The translations under genes were made by a program, and so were the position numbers. From contig NW_021832214.1 of assembly GCF_006345805.1 (NCBI RefSeq), positions 1 through 62,862 of the forward strand: a DNA stretch of 62,862 bases, given 5' to 3'. The stretch comes from Octopus sinensis. Lineage: Eukaryota. The notes beneath the pieces are model-generated. The model was not told the origin of the DNA. It worked only from the letters and a program-made list of their open reading frames with translations, and did not search any database. The first letter of the stretch is position 1. Each line of letters opens with the position of its first letter. Shown one piece after another: positions 37,695 through 49,471 of the stretch.

Positions 37695-38431
37695 GGTTCG
37701 ATCCCCTGGATTAGGCGAGTCGTTGACTTCATTGAGCGAAGCACATCATTTCATGTCTCAGCTGAACTGAGTATCGGACGATTGCTAGTGCGACCCTTTC
37801 TCCTTTCTGGCTAGATGCTGCATCCTAGATATTCCGCCGAGTCAAGAATGAGATGACCGAAAGAGTGCTTATGTCTGCTCGTGACTACACAGGCACCTGA
37901 AACAATTAGCGAAAGCACGGTACTTGTTATTAAGTAATACCCGCTTTCCAGTAACGCCTATTGAAGTAGTAGGAGCGTATGTCTCGCTGCGTGAGTTATC
38001 ATAAACCAGAAACACGATCTTTGATTTGATTCATATCAGTGAATGCTTTACAAGATGCTTTCTTAGGTTCGGTACCCTGAATTAGGCGAGTCGTTGACTT
38101 CATTGAGCGAAGCACACCATTTCATGTATCAGCTGAACTGAGTATCGAACGATTGCTAGTGCGACCCTTTCTCCTTTCTAGCTAGATGCCGCATCCTAGA
38201 TATTCCGCAGAGTCAAGAAAGAGAGGACCGAAAATGTATTTATGTCTCCTCGTGACTACACAGGCACCTGAAACAATTAGCGAAAGTACGGTACTTGTTA
38301 TCAAGTAATACCCGCTTTCCAGTGACGCCTATTGAAGTAGTAGGAGCGTATGTCACGCTGCGTGAGTTATCATAAACCAGAAACACGATCTTTGATTTGA
38401 TTCATATCAGTGAACGCTTTACAAGATGCTA
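37695..38431 (+). repeat. Direct tandem duplication, ~372-bp unit x2, starting in the B box of a decayed head-D SINE
   Basis: TTAGGCGAGTCGTTGACTTCATTGAGCGAAGCAC at 37711 and 38083; both units end CTTTACAAGATGCT. Confidence 0.9.
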
Positions 38432-38955
38432 TTACAACAGGATATTGCAAATGTGGAGCTTTATAGTTGGTTCGTCAGCTCCTGGTTTTAAACTATGATG
38501 TGCAAGATTAGTGTTACCATGTTGTGCTACAAGTGTAGTAGTATGGGAAGTTTGCTTTCCAATGATATTAGGTAACACGAAAGAGGACATCGCGTGGGCT
38601 CGGTTTTCATCGCTGCTCGTGTCGAGTAAGATGGCGACTGTTGATGAAAGTGAGATGAAAAGAGCCAAAACGCTTTACGTACGTACGTACACCAGATAAA
38701 AATCAAGACCAAAAATAATAAAAATAATAATAATATGTATCAAGCTCCGTGTTTAAGTTAATGAGTGCCTCAACAGGGTGCAGTTCCTCTTGGTGCATTT
38801 ACATACAAGTGCAGTGCTTTTCGGTGCAATATCACTTGGCACCAATCATTCGGCAGATGGAATTCTATGCGTTCCTAAAATATCAAACATTCCACGACGA
38901 GAAGAAAAAACCAAAATGAAACACCAAAAAAAAATACTCGTGATTCTCCCGCCAC

Positions 38956-38980
38956 TGCTACTACTACTACAACAACAACA

Positions 38981-39021
<41 letters not shown>

Positions 39022-39040
39022 CACCCCACTACCACTACTG

Positions 39041-39080
<40 letters not shown>

Positions 39081-39178
39081 AACTACTACCACCACCATCA
39101 ACACCACCACCACCAACACCACCACCACCACCATCACAAACACCACCATCACCACCACTACTACTACTACTACTGCTG

Positions 39179-39212
<34 letters not shown>

Positions 39213-39337
39213 CACCACCACCTACACCACCACCACCACCACAACCACCACCACCACCACCACAACCACCACCACCACCACCACCACCACCAACACCACC
39301 ACCACCACCACCACCACCACTACCACCACCTCACCCC

Positions 39338-39408
<71 letters not shown>
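38956..39408. repeat. (CTA)n/(CCA)n/(CAA) compound array
   Basis: Direct reading; source of poly-His/Tyr ORF. Confidence 0.95.
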
Positions 39409-39814
39409 GTCGAATCTTCTAATTCCGTTGCGACTATCTACTGTTAATAACAACTAATTCGACTGATATATCTGCCAACGTTGTAAACCACCTCCGTCAC
39501 GAGCACCGCCGCCGCCGCCACCAAAATCTAACCCCCATACCAACACCAGCACCAGCACAAGCAGCATCATCCTTATCATCGTCACCACCATCGTCATACT
39601 TATCATCATCATCATCAACATCACCATCATCATCATAATCATCATCATCGTCATCATCATTAGCATACAAGATCACAGACATCTTGGCTCCAATGAATGA
39701 GAAAATCTCTCTCACTGAATGTTATATCCCTTCGAATTAATTCCAAAAGCCAATACAAGGTGATACAAATATATATATATACTTTATTTAAAGCAGCAGA
39801 AAATTCAACAAAAT

Positions 39815-39854
39815 CTGTTACTCTGAGTTTCTCGTTGCCGGGTTCATCAGACAG
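39815..39854 (-). ncRNA. Minimal hammerhead-like motif, left palindrome arm
   Basis: CTGT-CTGATGA-ACCCGGCAACGA-GAAAC-TCAGA-GTA^ACAG; stem II weak (CG-GCAA-CG). Confidence 0.6.
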
Positions 39855-39873
39855 TTTTTTCTTCTAGCAAAAA

Positions 39874-39910
39874 CTGTCTGATGAACGGCAACGAGAACTC
39901 AGAGTAACAG
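39874..39910 (+). ncRNA. Minimal hammerhead-like motif, right palindrome arm
   Basis: CTGT-CTGATGA-ACGGCAACGA-GAAC-TCAGA-GTA^ACAG; one A of GAAA missing (possible assembly indel). Confidence 0.5.
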
Positions 39911-40024
39911 ATTTTGTTGAATTTTCTGCTGCTTTAAATAAAGCATATTACTCTACCACTGGTATTTGAGTACTCTTTTTTCCTCCTTGTTTCACATTTA
40001 TGTGTTTACTCCGGTATATATATA

Positions 40025-40350
40025 TATTCTTTTACTTGTTTCAGTCATTTGACTGTGGGCATGCTGGAGCACCGCATTTAGTCGAGCAAATCGACCCAAG
40101 ACATATTGTTTTGCAAGCCTAGTACATATTCTATCGGTCTCTTTTGCCTAGACGCTAGGTTACGGGGACAAAAACACACCAGCATCGGTTGTCAGGTGAC
40201 GGTCTGGAGTGGGGGTGGAAACAAACAGGGGTGCTCAAATATATACATATACTAGGCTTACAAAGAATAGGTCCTGGGGTCGATTCGTTCGGCAGTGCTC
40301 CAGTATGGCCGCACTCAAATGACTGAAACAAGTAAAAGAGTAAAAGAATA
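40025..40350. mobile_element. Two family-B SINE 3' fragments in opposite orientation
   Basis: 40025-40200 (-) and ~40250-40350 (+). Confidence 0.75.
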
Positions 40351-40697
40351 TATATATATATACACCTGTATATATGAATATACGTATATATACATATGTG
40401 TACATAAATATATGTTTGTGTGTGTGTGTGTGCGTGTGTGCGCGTGCGTGTCTGTCATCCCATCTGCTGAAAGTCCTACAGCAATGGAAGAGTGACGTCA
40501 TGTTGTGTTGAGGTACCTGGTTGAGGTACCTGGCTGAGAGTGCACAGTAAGTAACATCTTTTGTTTGTTATCTATGCTACAAACCTTGCACACCTGCAAC
40601 AGAACTGTCAGCCATCTATGAGGTTACAGGTGAAAAATCAATGATGCCTTAGGCAGTGAGCAAGCAACAAGGAGACGGAATATATGTATATATGTCA

Positions 40698-40998
40698 AGG
40701 TGCATGGCTCAGTGGTTAGATTGTCGGCCTTGCAATCAAGAGGTAATGAGTTCGAGTCCCGGACCGGGTTGTGTGTTGTGTTCTTGAGCAAGACACTTTA
40801 TTTTACGTTGCTCCAGTTCACTCATCTGTATCTGCCTTTGCCTTTCACTTGGATAACACTGGTGGCATGGCGAGGAGAGGCTGGTATGCATGGGCGACTG
40901 CTGGTCTTCCGCAAATAATCTTGCCCACACTTGTGCTTTGGAGGGGAACTTTTTAGATGCCAACCCGTGGTCATTCATGACCAAGGAGGTCTTAACCC
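40698..40998 (+). mobile_element. SINE, head D/CORE-like plus tail W
   Basis: GCATGGCTCAGTGGTTAG..GTTCGAGTCCC..TTCTTGAGCAAGACAC then unrelated tail GGTATGCATGGGCGACTGCTGG. Confidence 0.8.
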
Positions 40999-41014
40999 TA
41001 TGTATATATGTAAG

Positions 41015-41232
41015 GCGGCGAGCTGGTAGAATCGTTAGCACGCCGGGCGAAATTCTTAGCAGTATTTCGCCTGCGGTTATGTTCTGAGTTCAAATTCCGC
41101 CGAGGTCGACTTTGCCTTTCATCCTTTCGGGGTCGATTAAATAAGTACCAGTTACGCACTGGGGTCAATATAATTGACTTAATCCGTTTGTCCCCTCTGT
41201 GTTTAGCCCCTTGTGGGTAGTAAAGAAATAGT
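41015..41232 (+). mobile_element. SINE family A, full length
   Basis: Alignment to family A. Confidence 0.9.
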
Positions 41233-41491
41233 ATATATGTATGTGCGCGCAGGTGTGTGTGTGTGTGATGGGATAGAGCAAGGGTTTAACTGTATTAGAT
41301 ATGAATCTTATATGGTTTAGACTAATTCTGCATTATGTAACTGAGTAAAAACATCGTAGAACCGCAAAAAAAAAACTTGATTAAGTAATCTATATTTAAT
41401 TTACTCCTGTTTATTTTCAGCCAGTCGAAATTCCCAGAAATAATTACTTGAATCTAAAACTTTACGATAATGTTACTAATGGCACGTGGCA

Positions 41492-41731
41492 TTGTTTGTT
41501 CCTTCTCGAGCCACGCCTGGCTCATAAGGGCCCGGTTTCCCGGTTTCCTTGGCGTATAGGTTCTCCACCTGGACGGGACGCGTTACATATTTTTGCCAGT
41601 TGAGTGGACTGGAGCAACGTGAAATGAAGTGTTTTGCTCAAGAACACAACGCGTCGCCCGGTCCAGGAATCGAAACCACAATCTTACTATCATGAGGCTG
41701 ACATCCTAACCACTAAGCCACGCGCCTCCAC
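41492..41731 (-). mobile_element. SINE, head D/CORE-like plus tail Y
   Basis: Tail matches 6125-6200; head matches family D. Confidence 0.88.
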
Positions 41732-42612
41732 ATATTATAGCTTACATCTCTGATATTGTGCTGAGGGAGATTTGGTTCCTATTTCTAGCAGTCCTAATGA
41801 CCCCATAAAAAACCCTGATTGAACCCATCGATGTCCGCTACTATTGATGTTGTAGTTATTTAACCCTACTTCGACCTTGATTGATCACAGCCATCAACAT
41901 CTCATCTTTTGGCTGTATAAGGGATCACAATATTTTAGATAGTACTTATTCAGTATGTTTTCTGGGATATTTAGCTACTATCTCTAGCAGAAATCACAAC
42001 CATGTAGTGAACTTTTCATGTTAATAGAAACCCTGATTACATGTTATGCTTATGATATTATCTTGTTCGTATCTTTTACTTGCTTCAGTCATTTGAGTGC
42101 GGTCATGCTGGGGCGGCGCCTTGAAGAATTTAGTCGTACAAATCCACCTTTAATTCGAGGTACATATTCCGTCGTTCTCTTGAACCGAACTTATAGTTAG
42201 GGATACGTAAACAAACCGACACGGGTTGCCGAATGGCGCGGGAGTGGACGCATGCACACACACACACAAACACATGCACCAACACCACACACACACACAC
42301 ACACACAAACGCACGTACGCACACACACATACACACACTCACACACACACACACACACACACAACACACACACACAAACACATATATTCTTTTATTCTTA
42401 TAATCTTTTAAATCGTTTACTTCGTTTTACTGCGATTCTTATAATCTTTTACTTCGGTGACTGCAGCCATGCTGGAGCACTGCCTTAAAATGTTTTAGTC
42501 GAAGAAATCGACCCCAGGAAGAAAATCACCATTATCGATTGTCAAGCTATGGTGGTGGTGGTGGGGGGTCAAACGCAGACACACACACACACGTGTGTGT
42601 GTGTGTGTGTAT

Positions 42613-42886
42613 GTGGAGGCACATGGCCTAGTGGCTAGAGTAGCGGACTCGCGGTCGAGGGATCGTGGGTTCGAATCTCAGATCGGGTGATGTGTGTGTT
42701 TATGCGCGAAACACCTTAGCTCCATGCGGCTCTGGCAGAAGGTAATGGTGAACTTCTGCTCACTCCTTCGCCACAGCTTCCTCTCACTCTTTCCTCCTGC
42801 ATCTAACAGCTCACCTGCGACAGACCGGTCTCCCGTCCAGGTGGGGAAGCTGTATGCCAATAAAACCAGGAACCGGCCTTATGAGT
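42613..42886 (+). mobile_element. SINE, C-like head plus tail Y
   Basis: Homologous to 6125-6427. Confidence 0.88.
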
Positions 42887-42909
42887 AAGTACATGTTTAT
42901 AAGGAACAT

Positions 42910-42971
<62 letters not shown>

Positions 42972-42973
42972 AG

Positions 42974-43009
<36 letters not shown>

Positions 43010-43164
43010 GCCTATTCATCCTTTCGGGGTCGATGAATTAAGTACCAGTTACGCACTGGGGGCCGATGTTAATCGACTTAATCCGTTTGTCTGTCCTTTT
43101 TTGTCTCCCCCCTTATGTTTAGTCCCTTGTGGTAGTAAAGAAACATATATAGATAGACATACAT

Positions 43165-43330
43165 CTATAGGACGGGCTTCTTTCAGTTTCCATCTACCAA
43201 ATCCACTCACAAGGCTTTGCTCGGCCCGAGATTAGAGTAGAAGACACTTTCCCAAGGTGCCGCATCAGTGGGATTGAACCTGGAATCTCGTGGCTGCAAA
43301 GTAAGATTCTTAACCACATATCCATGACTA
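43165..43330 (-). mobile_element. SINE family B 5' half
   Basis: Alignment to family B. Confidence 0.75.
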
Positions 43331-43649
43331 CACTTACCCTACAAAATGAAAATAGCATTAGTCATTTATAAAATACTGTTTCCTCGCCGCATAATTACCT
43401 CTTCTTTATTTATCCATTTAATTTTGTTTTGTTGAGTTCACGACATTAAATTGACTCAAATTATATTTTTAACAAAGAAAATTACATCATGTCTTAATTT
43501 AGGGCATTCTTATTACCCGCTTTTTCTCGGTTAGTTATATGATTATGCCTGTAATTTTGGTATGTACAATTCTTTCTAATTATTGGCACAAGGCCAGTAA
43601 TTTTGAGGAGAAAGGTAAGTCGGTTACATAGACTCAACTTGAGTTGAGG

Positions 43650-44840
43650 CGGCTAGCTGGCAGAAACGTGAACGCGCCGGGCGAAATGCGTAGCCGTATT
43701 TCGTCTGCCGTTACGTTCTGAGTTCAAATTCCGCCGAGGTCGACTTTGCCTTTCATCCTTTCGGGGTCGATAAATTAAGTACCAGTTACGCACTGGGGTC
43801 GATGTAATCGACTTAATCCCTTTGTCTGTCCTTGTTTGTCCTCTCTCTGTTTAGCCCCTTGTGGGTAGTAAAGAAATAGGTTACATAGACTCAACTATCA
43901 AACTGATATTATTTTAATCTTTCCCCACCGAGGTCAACTTTGCCTTTCATTCTTTCGGGGTCGATAAATTAAGTACCAGTTGCGTACTAGGGTTGATCTA
44001 ATCGGGTGCCTCCCTCCTTCAAAATTTCAACCTTGTGACTATAGCAGAAAAGATTATTTTAATCTGCACTAAGGCGGCGTGCTGGTAGAATCGTTAGCGC
44101 ACCAGACAAAACGCTTAGCGGCGTTTCGTCCGTCCTTAGGATCTGAGTTCAAATTCCGCCGAGATTGACTTTGCTTTCATCCTTTCGGGGACGATAAAAT
44201 AAGTTCCAGTTAAGCACTGGGGTCGATGTAATCCGCCCCCTTGAACTTTCTGGCTTTGCACCAAAATTTGAAATAACTATTTTAATCGGCCCTGAAGAAA
44301 TAAGCGATGAAAATCGTCCTCAGTGGCGTTTGAACTCAGGATCTAAAGCCGGAAGAAATTCGTTCGAGCATTTTGTGCAGCGTGCTAACGATTCTGCCAA
44401 ATCGCTGCCTTTCTATATTAGCCACATTTTCGTACATGGCCGGCAATTTCGGGGTAAGGAGTAAGTCGATTACATCGACCCTAGTGATAAACTAGTACTT
44501 ATTTTATCGAACCCGAAATGATGAGAGCCATCGTCGACCCCGGAGGCATTTGAACAGAGAATGTAAACACAGATGAAATGCAGCTAAGCATTTTTGCTCA
44601 GAGTGCGAACAATTCTACCAGCTATATTGATTTCGAATTTTGGCACAAGGTCAACAATTTCGGTGATGGGGTGGGGTTAGTCTATTACATCGGCCCCAGT
44701 CCTTCACTGGTACTTATTTTATCGACTTCGAAATGATGAAAGGCAAAGTCGACCTCGGTGGAATTTGAACAGAGAACGTAAGGACGGACGAAATGCCGTT
44801 TAGCGTTTTTACCGGCATGCTAACCATTCTGCCAGCTTGC
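43650..44840. mobile_element. Cluster of about six family-A SINE copies (three +, then three -)
   Basis: Repeated GTCGACTTTGCCTTTCATCC / GAATTTGAAC motifs; orientation switches at ~44280. Confidence 0.8.
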
Positions 44841-44859
44841 TGTCTTTCGCCTTACTATA

Positions 44860-45238
44860 CTTTTACTCTTTTAGTCTTTTACTTGTTTCAGTCATTTGAC
44901 TGTGGCCATGCTGGAGCACCGCCTTTAGTCGAGCAATTCGACCCCAGGACTTATTCTTTGTAAGCCTAGTACTTATTCTATCGGTCTCTTTCGCTGAACC
45001 GCTAAGTTGCGAGGACGTAAACACACCAGCATCGGTTGTCAAGCGATGTTGGGGGGACAAACACAGACACAAACATATACACACACACACATATATATAT
45101 ATGCATATTTACGACAAGCTTCTTTCAGTGTCCGTCTACCAAATCCACTCACAAGGATTTGGTCGGCCCGAGGCTATAGTAGAAGACACTTGCCCAAGGT
45201 GCCACGCAGTGGGACTGAGCCCGGAACCATGTGGTTGA
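44860..45238 (-). mobile_element. SINE family B
   Basis: Alignment to family B. Confidence 0.88.
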
Positions 45239-45356
45239 TATAGAAACTTTAGAACTTGCTGCTTTGCTTGTTGCAAGATCAGCGGTTGAATATCGCTTAT
45301 TTATTTATATATTGCGAACCGGAACGAACGACTGCACTGTCTCGCAAACAGGTGTA

Positions 45357-45404
45357 TCAGTACTGAGGAAGAGCAATACTAGCTGAAACTAGCTGGTCTA
45401 CTGA
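45357..45404 (+). ncRNA. Minimal type-I hammerhead ribozyme candidate
   Basis: TCAGTA-CTGAGGA-AG-AGC(AATACTA)GCT-GAAAC-TAGCTG-GTC^TACTGA; perfect 6-bp stem I, GUC triplet. Confidence 0.7.
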
Positions 45405-45956
45405 CTCGTCACCGCTGGATGGGAGCTGTTCGTTCGCTTGTTTGCAATATAACGGACACAAATAGTGTGTCGTTAATCAGCTGAAGGAGGTTGTCTTTTG
45501 GGGGTTAAAAAGAGTATTAACAGTTTTTTGTACGAAACAATCACGTCGAGGAGTAACAAGCATTACTTTTCATTAGAATTACTACTGGCAACTCCAATAG
45601 AGATTTTAGAACAAGTTACTTTGCATATTGTGTTCCCTTTTCCTTTTAAGGCAAACTGTCGAATTTATCCCAACTTCTAGCTGTCAGTGTGCATCAGGGT
45701 GTGAATGTGTGTGTATTTTTGCGACTGTATACGCAAGTGTCCTATGATTCCTAGGGAAAATCAGAGGACACGTCCTTGATCTTCATTTAGGCAAATATGT
45801 ACTTATGTATGTGAGGGTGTTTTTCTTCGAGAAAGAAAGAGATAGAGAAAGAGAGGGACAGAGAGAGGGAGAAAGTTTATGTGCGCGCATTAATTCCTAT
45901 GTATGTGTTGATGTCATCCGTTTTTGCTAGTGCGGGTTCAATTCATCTGCATATTA

Positions 45957-46123
45957 TAGGAGTGGCTGTGTGGTAAGTAGCTTGCTTACCAACCACATGG
46001 TTCCGGGTTCATTCCCACTGCGTGGCATCTTGGGCAAGTGTCTTCTGCTATAGCCTCGGGCCGACCAATGCCTTGTGAGTGGATTTGGTAGACGGAAACT
46101 GAAAGAAGCCTGTTGTATATATG

Positions 46124-46158
<35 letters not shown>

Positions 46159-46983
46159 ATGTTTGCGTGTCTGTGTTTGTCCCCCTAGCATTGCTTGACA
46201 ACCGATGCTGCTGGTGTGTTTACGTCCACGTCACCTAGCGGTTCGACAAAAGAGACCGATAGAATAAGTACTGGCCTTACAAAAAGAATAAGTCCCGGGG
46301 TCGATTTGCTCGACTAAAGGCGGTGCTCCAGCATGGCCGCAGTCAAATGACTGAAAGAAGTAAAAGAGTAAAAGAGTATGTATGTGTGTGTGTATATGTT
46401 CGTGTGTCTGTGATTGTCCCCCTAGCATTGCTTGACAACCGATGCTGCTGGTGTGTTTACGTCCCCGTCACCTAGCGGTTCGGCAAAAAAGACCGATAGA
46501 ATAAGTACTGGACTTACAAAGAATAAGTCCCGGGGGTCAATTTGCTCGACTAAAGGCGGTGCTCCAGCATGGCGCAGTCAAATGACTGAAACAAGTAAAA
46601 GAGTAAAATAAAAGAGTGTGGCTGTGTGGTAAGTAGCTTGCTAACCAACCACACGGTTGCGGGTTCAGTCCCACTGCGTGGCTTCTTGGGCAAGTATCTT
46701 CTGCTATAGCCCCGGGCCGACCAATGCCTTGTGAGTGGATTTGGTAGACGGAAACTGAAAGAAGCCTGTCGTATATATGTATATATATGTATGTGTGTGT
46801 ATGTGTTTGTGTGTCTGTGTTTGTCCCCCTAGCATTGCTTGACAACCGATGCTGGTGTGTTTACGTCCCCGTCACTTAGCGGTTCGGCAAAAAGAGACCG
46901 ATAGAATAAGTACTAAAAGGTGGTGCTCCAGCATGGCCGCAGTCAAATGACTGAAACAAGTAAAAGAGTAAAAAAAAAAAGAG
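45957..46983 (+). mobile_element. Family-B SINE multimer (full copy, 3' half, full copy, 3' end)
   Basis: Repeated GTCCCCCTAGCATTGCTTGACAACCGATGCTG three times. Confidence 0.88.
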
Positions 46984-47316
46984 TATATTACTGAGCAAAC
47001 CTGTGACAAACGATGGTAGAAGATCTGGCAAAGGACGACGTTCAGTTAATTAAAGTAACGAGAGTTTCCTGTCGCCGTTGTTCCCTCTTTAATTTACCAG
47101 TAATTAATTGCTGCACTCATTCACACTTTAAACACAATGCGAGATCCTATTGATGTATTATTAAATAAATACCGAAAATAAATATTATATAAACACACAC
47201 ACACACACTTGTATGTATGTATGTATGTATGTATGTATGTATGTATGTATGTATGTATGTTTGTATGTATGTATGTATGTATGTGTAGATGGATGAGAGC
47301 ATATATGTGTGTGTAA

Positions 47317-47377
<61 letters not shown>

Positions 47378-47395
47378 AATCTATCTACCTATCTG

Positions 47396-47432
<37 letters not shown>

Positions 47433-47435
47433 TTA

Positions 47436-47498
<63 letters not shown>

Positions 47499-47588
47499 AT
47501 ATATATATATATATATATATCTTACTGTGACTGAGTGTCTCCCTCTCTTTGTCTTTCTCGCGTTCTCTCTCCCTCACTTTTATGTATA

Positions 47589-48789
47589 CGAGGGTAAGTC
47601 AAAAATTATCCGCACTTTTGCCATCATGTCTTTGTTATTGCCACACTGCCTCATGCGCATGCGTGCTTATATTTGGTATTATTGTGGTCACGTGATCGAG
47701 GTTTGAGTCTGATCGCGCTGTTTTCCTTCCTGGCTTTAACAGTGTAAGCATGGCCGCTTCACTAGCAATGTGCACCAAAGAAAAACAAAGAGCCGTGATC
47801 CGATTTCTCTGCTCGGAAGGTGTTTCAGGTGCTGAAAGTCATCAGCGGATTTTAGCAGAATACGAGGACGCCCTTCAACCTCCACCACTGCCGAGAAGAT
47901 TCAGCAAGCTCAAGAGATGGTAATGGTGAACCGGCGAGTTATATTCGACGAGGTAGCTCATTCTCTGTAGATTAGTCATGGTTCTACCTATCAAATCATC
48001 CACGATGAGCTCGGCTTCCATAATTTCTGTGTAAAATGGGTGCCAAGAGAGCTCACTGCAGAGCACAAGCTCAAACATCTTAAGGTGTGCCAACATTTAC
48101 TCGATCACTACAACAATCAGGGCAAGGAATTTTTTAGCAGAATAGTCACAGGAGACGAAACCTGGGTCCATCATTATGAGGCAGAATCCAAAAGACAGAG
48201 CATGGAGTGAAATATTCAAGACTCAGTCTTCCGCGGGAAAGCTAATGTTAATTCCTTTTGGAGGTTGAAAGGGGCCTATACTGGAAGACTACCTAGAAAA
48301 TGGGTGCACGATCAACAGTGCAAGATACAGTGCTTTGCTGGCCAACAAACTGAAGCCAGCAATTCGCACCAGACGCCTGAAGCCTATTGTCGAAGAACGT
48401 TTTGTTGTTCTATGACAATGAACGCCCACACACAGCCACCCAGACCGCTGAAACCATTAACCAATTGGGTTTTTGAGGTGCTAGAACCCATTGCATACAG
48501 CCCAGATCTTGTCCCGTCCGACTGTCATATCTTTGGGGCGCTCAAATATGGTTTACGAGGTCGTCGATTTTCTATGGATGAAGATGTGAAGGAAGAGGTG
48601 CATAAATGGTTACACGACCAATCGAAAACCTTCTTCTGGGTTGGAATACACAAGCTTGTGGACACTGGATCAAGTGCATCGAAGAGGAAGGAGACTATAA
48701 AGATAAAAATGATGTCTTGTTTATCCCCTGCTTTTGTATAAGTACATTGAAAAAAAACAGGAGTGTGTATGAATTTTAACTCTCCCTCG
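47589..48789 (+). mobile_element. Decayed mariner (DD34D-type) transposon, 1.2 kb, TA TSD
   Basis: TA|CGAGGG..CCCTCG|TA termini; motifs QRAVIRFL, WVPRELTAEHK, IVTGDETWVHHY, YSPDLVPSD; frameshifts, stops and an N-terminal deletion. Confidence 0.9.
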
Positions 48790-48829
48790 TATGTATGTAT
48801 ATATTATATATATATATGTAGTGAGAATT

Positions 48830-48960
48830 TACAAAAGAAAAAAGACGAAGACGGGTGTGTTGTAAACATCAAACATATGTATTAGTTTAACGCTCGGGAT
48901 GTGAGAATGCATTTTACGTTTCGAGCCTACGCTCTTCGACAGAAAGGGACACAAAAGTAA
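48830..48960 (-). mobile_element. PLE-like terminal fragment with variant minimal HHR (48912-48946)
   Basis: Minus strand CTTT-CTGTCGA-AGAGC(GTAG)GCTC-GAAAC-GTA-AAA; homolog of 23830-24000. Confidence 0.6.
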
Positions 48961-48984
48961 AGGGGGAGGGAAAAAATATATATT

Positions 48985-49210
48985 TCTTTACTACCCACAA
49001 GGGGCTTAACATAGAGGGGACAAACAAGGAGAGATAAACGGATTAAGTCGATTATATCGATCCCAGTGCGAAACTGATACTTTATTTATCGATCCCGAAA
49101 GGATGAAAGGCAAATTTGACCTCGGCAGAATTTGAACTCAGAACGTAACGACAACGAAATACCGTTAAGCATTACGCCCGGCGTGCTAACGTTTCTGCCA
49201 CCTCGCCGGC
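48985..49210 (-). mobile_element. SINE family A
   Basis: Alignment to family A. Confidence 0.88.
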
Positions 49211-49269
49211 TAACGATCTATAATGGCGAATGCCGGACAGAGTGGTCACACAGGACATTGACGTGTGTG

Positions 49270-49304
<35 letters not shown>

Positions 49305-49440
49305 GTGGTGTTGTGTGTGTGTGTGTGTGTGTGTGCATGTGTGAATGATGGTGTAGGTGCTGGGAAGCGGTCAGTTCCATTGTGTGTGCTGGTGTGGGTT
49401 CTGAGAAGTGGTCAGTGCTAGTGTGTGCATTGTGGTGTGA

Positions 49441-49471
<31 letters not shown>

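Larger units (their letters stand above)
39782..40015 (+). mobile_element. PLE-like terminal fragment with inverted 5' duplication (palindrome 39782-39858 / 39869-39943)
   Basis: ~76-bp arms differing only by short indels; TA tracts on both flanks. Confidence 0.75.

Noticed and set aside
38790-38850. SECIS, IRE (CAGTGC) or miR-92 precursor in the 38.8-kb hairpin
   Set aside because: No 3' GA quartet, the CAGUG loop lacks a closing stem, and only the seed (TATTGCAC) matches miR-92.
38778-39422. 214-aa His/Tyr-rich ORF
   Set aside because: Mostly a (CTA)/(CCA) trinucleotide array.
41421-41472. Plus-strand exon after the strong acceptor TTTATTTTCAG (PVEIPRNNYLNLKLYDN)
   Set aside because: No credible donor and it runs into a SINE; insufficient support.
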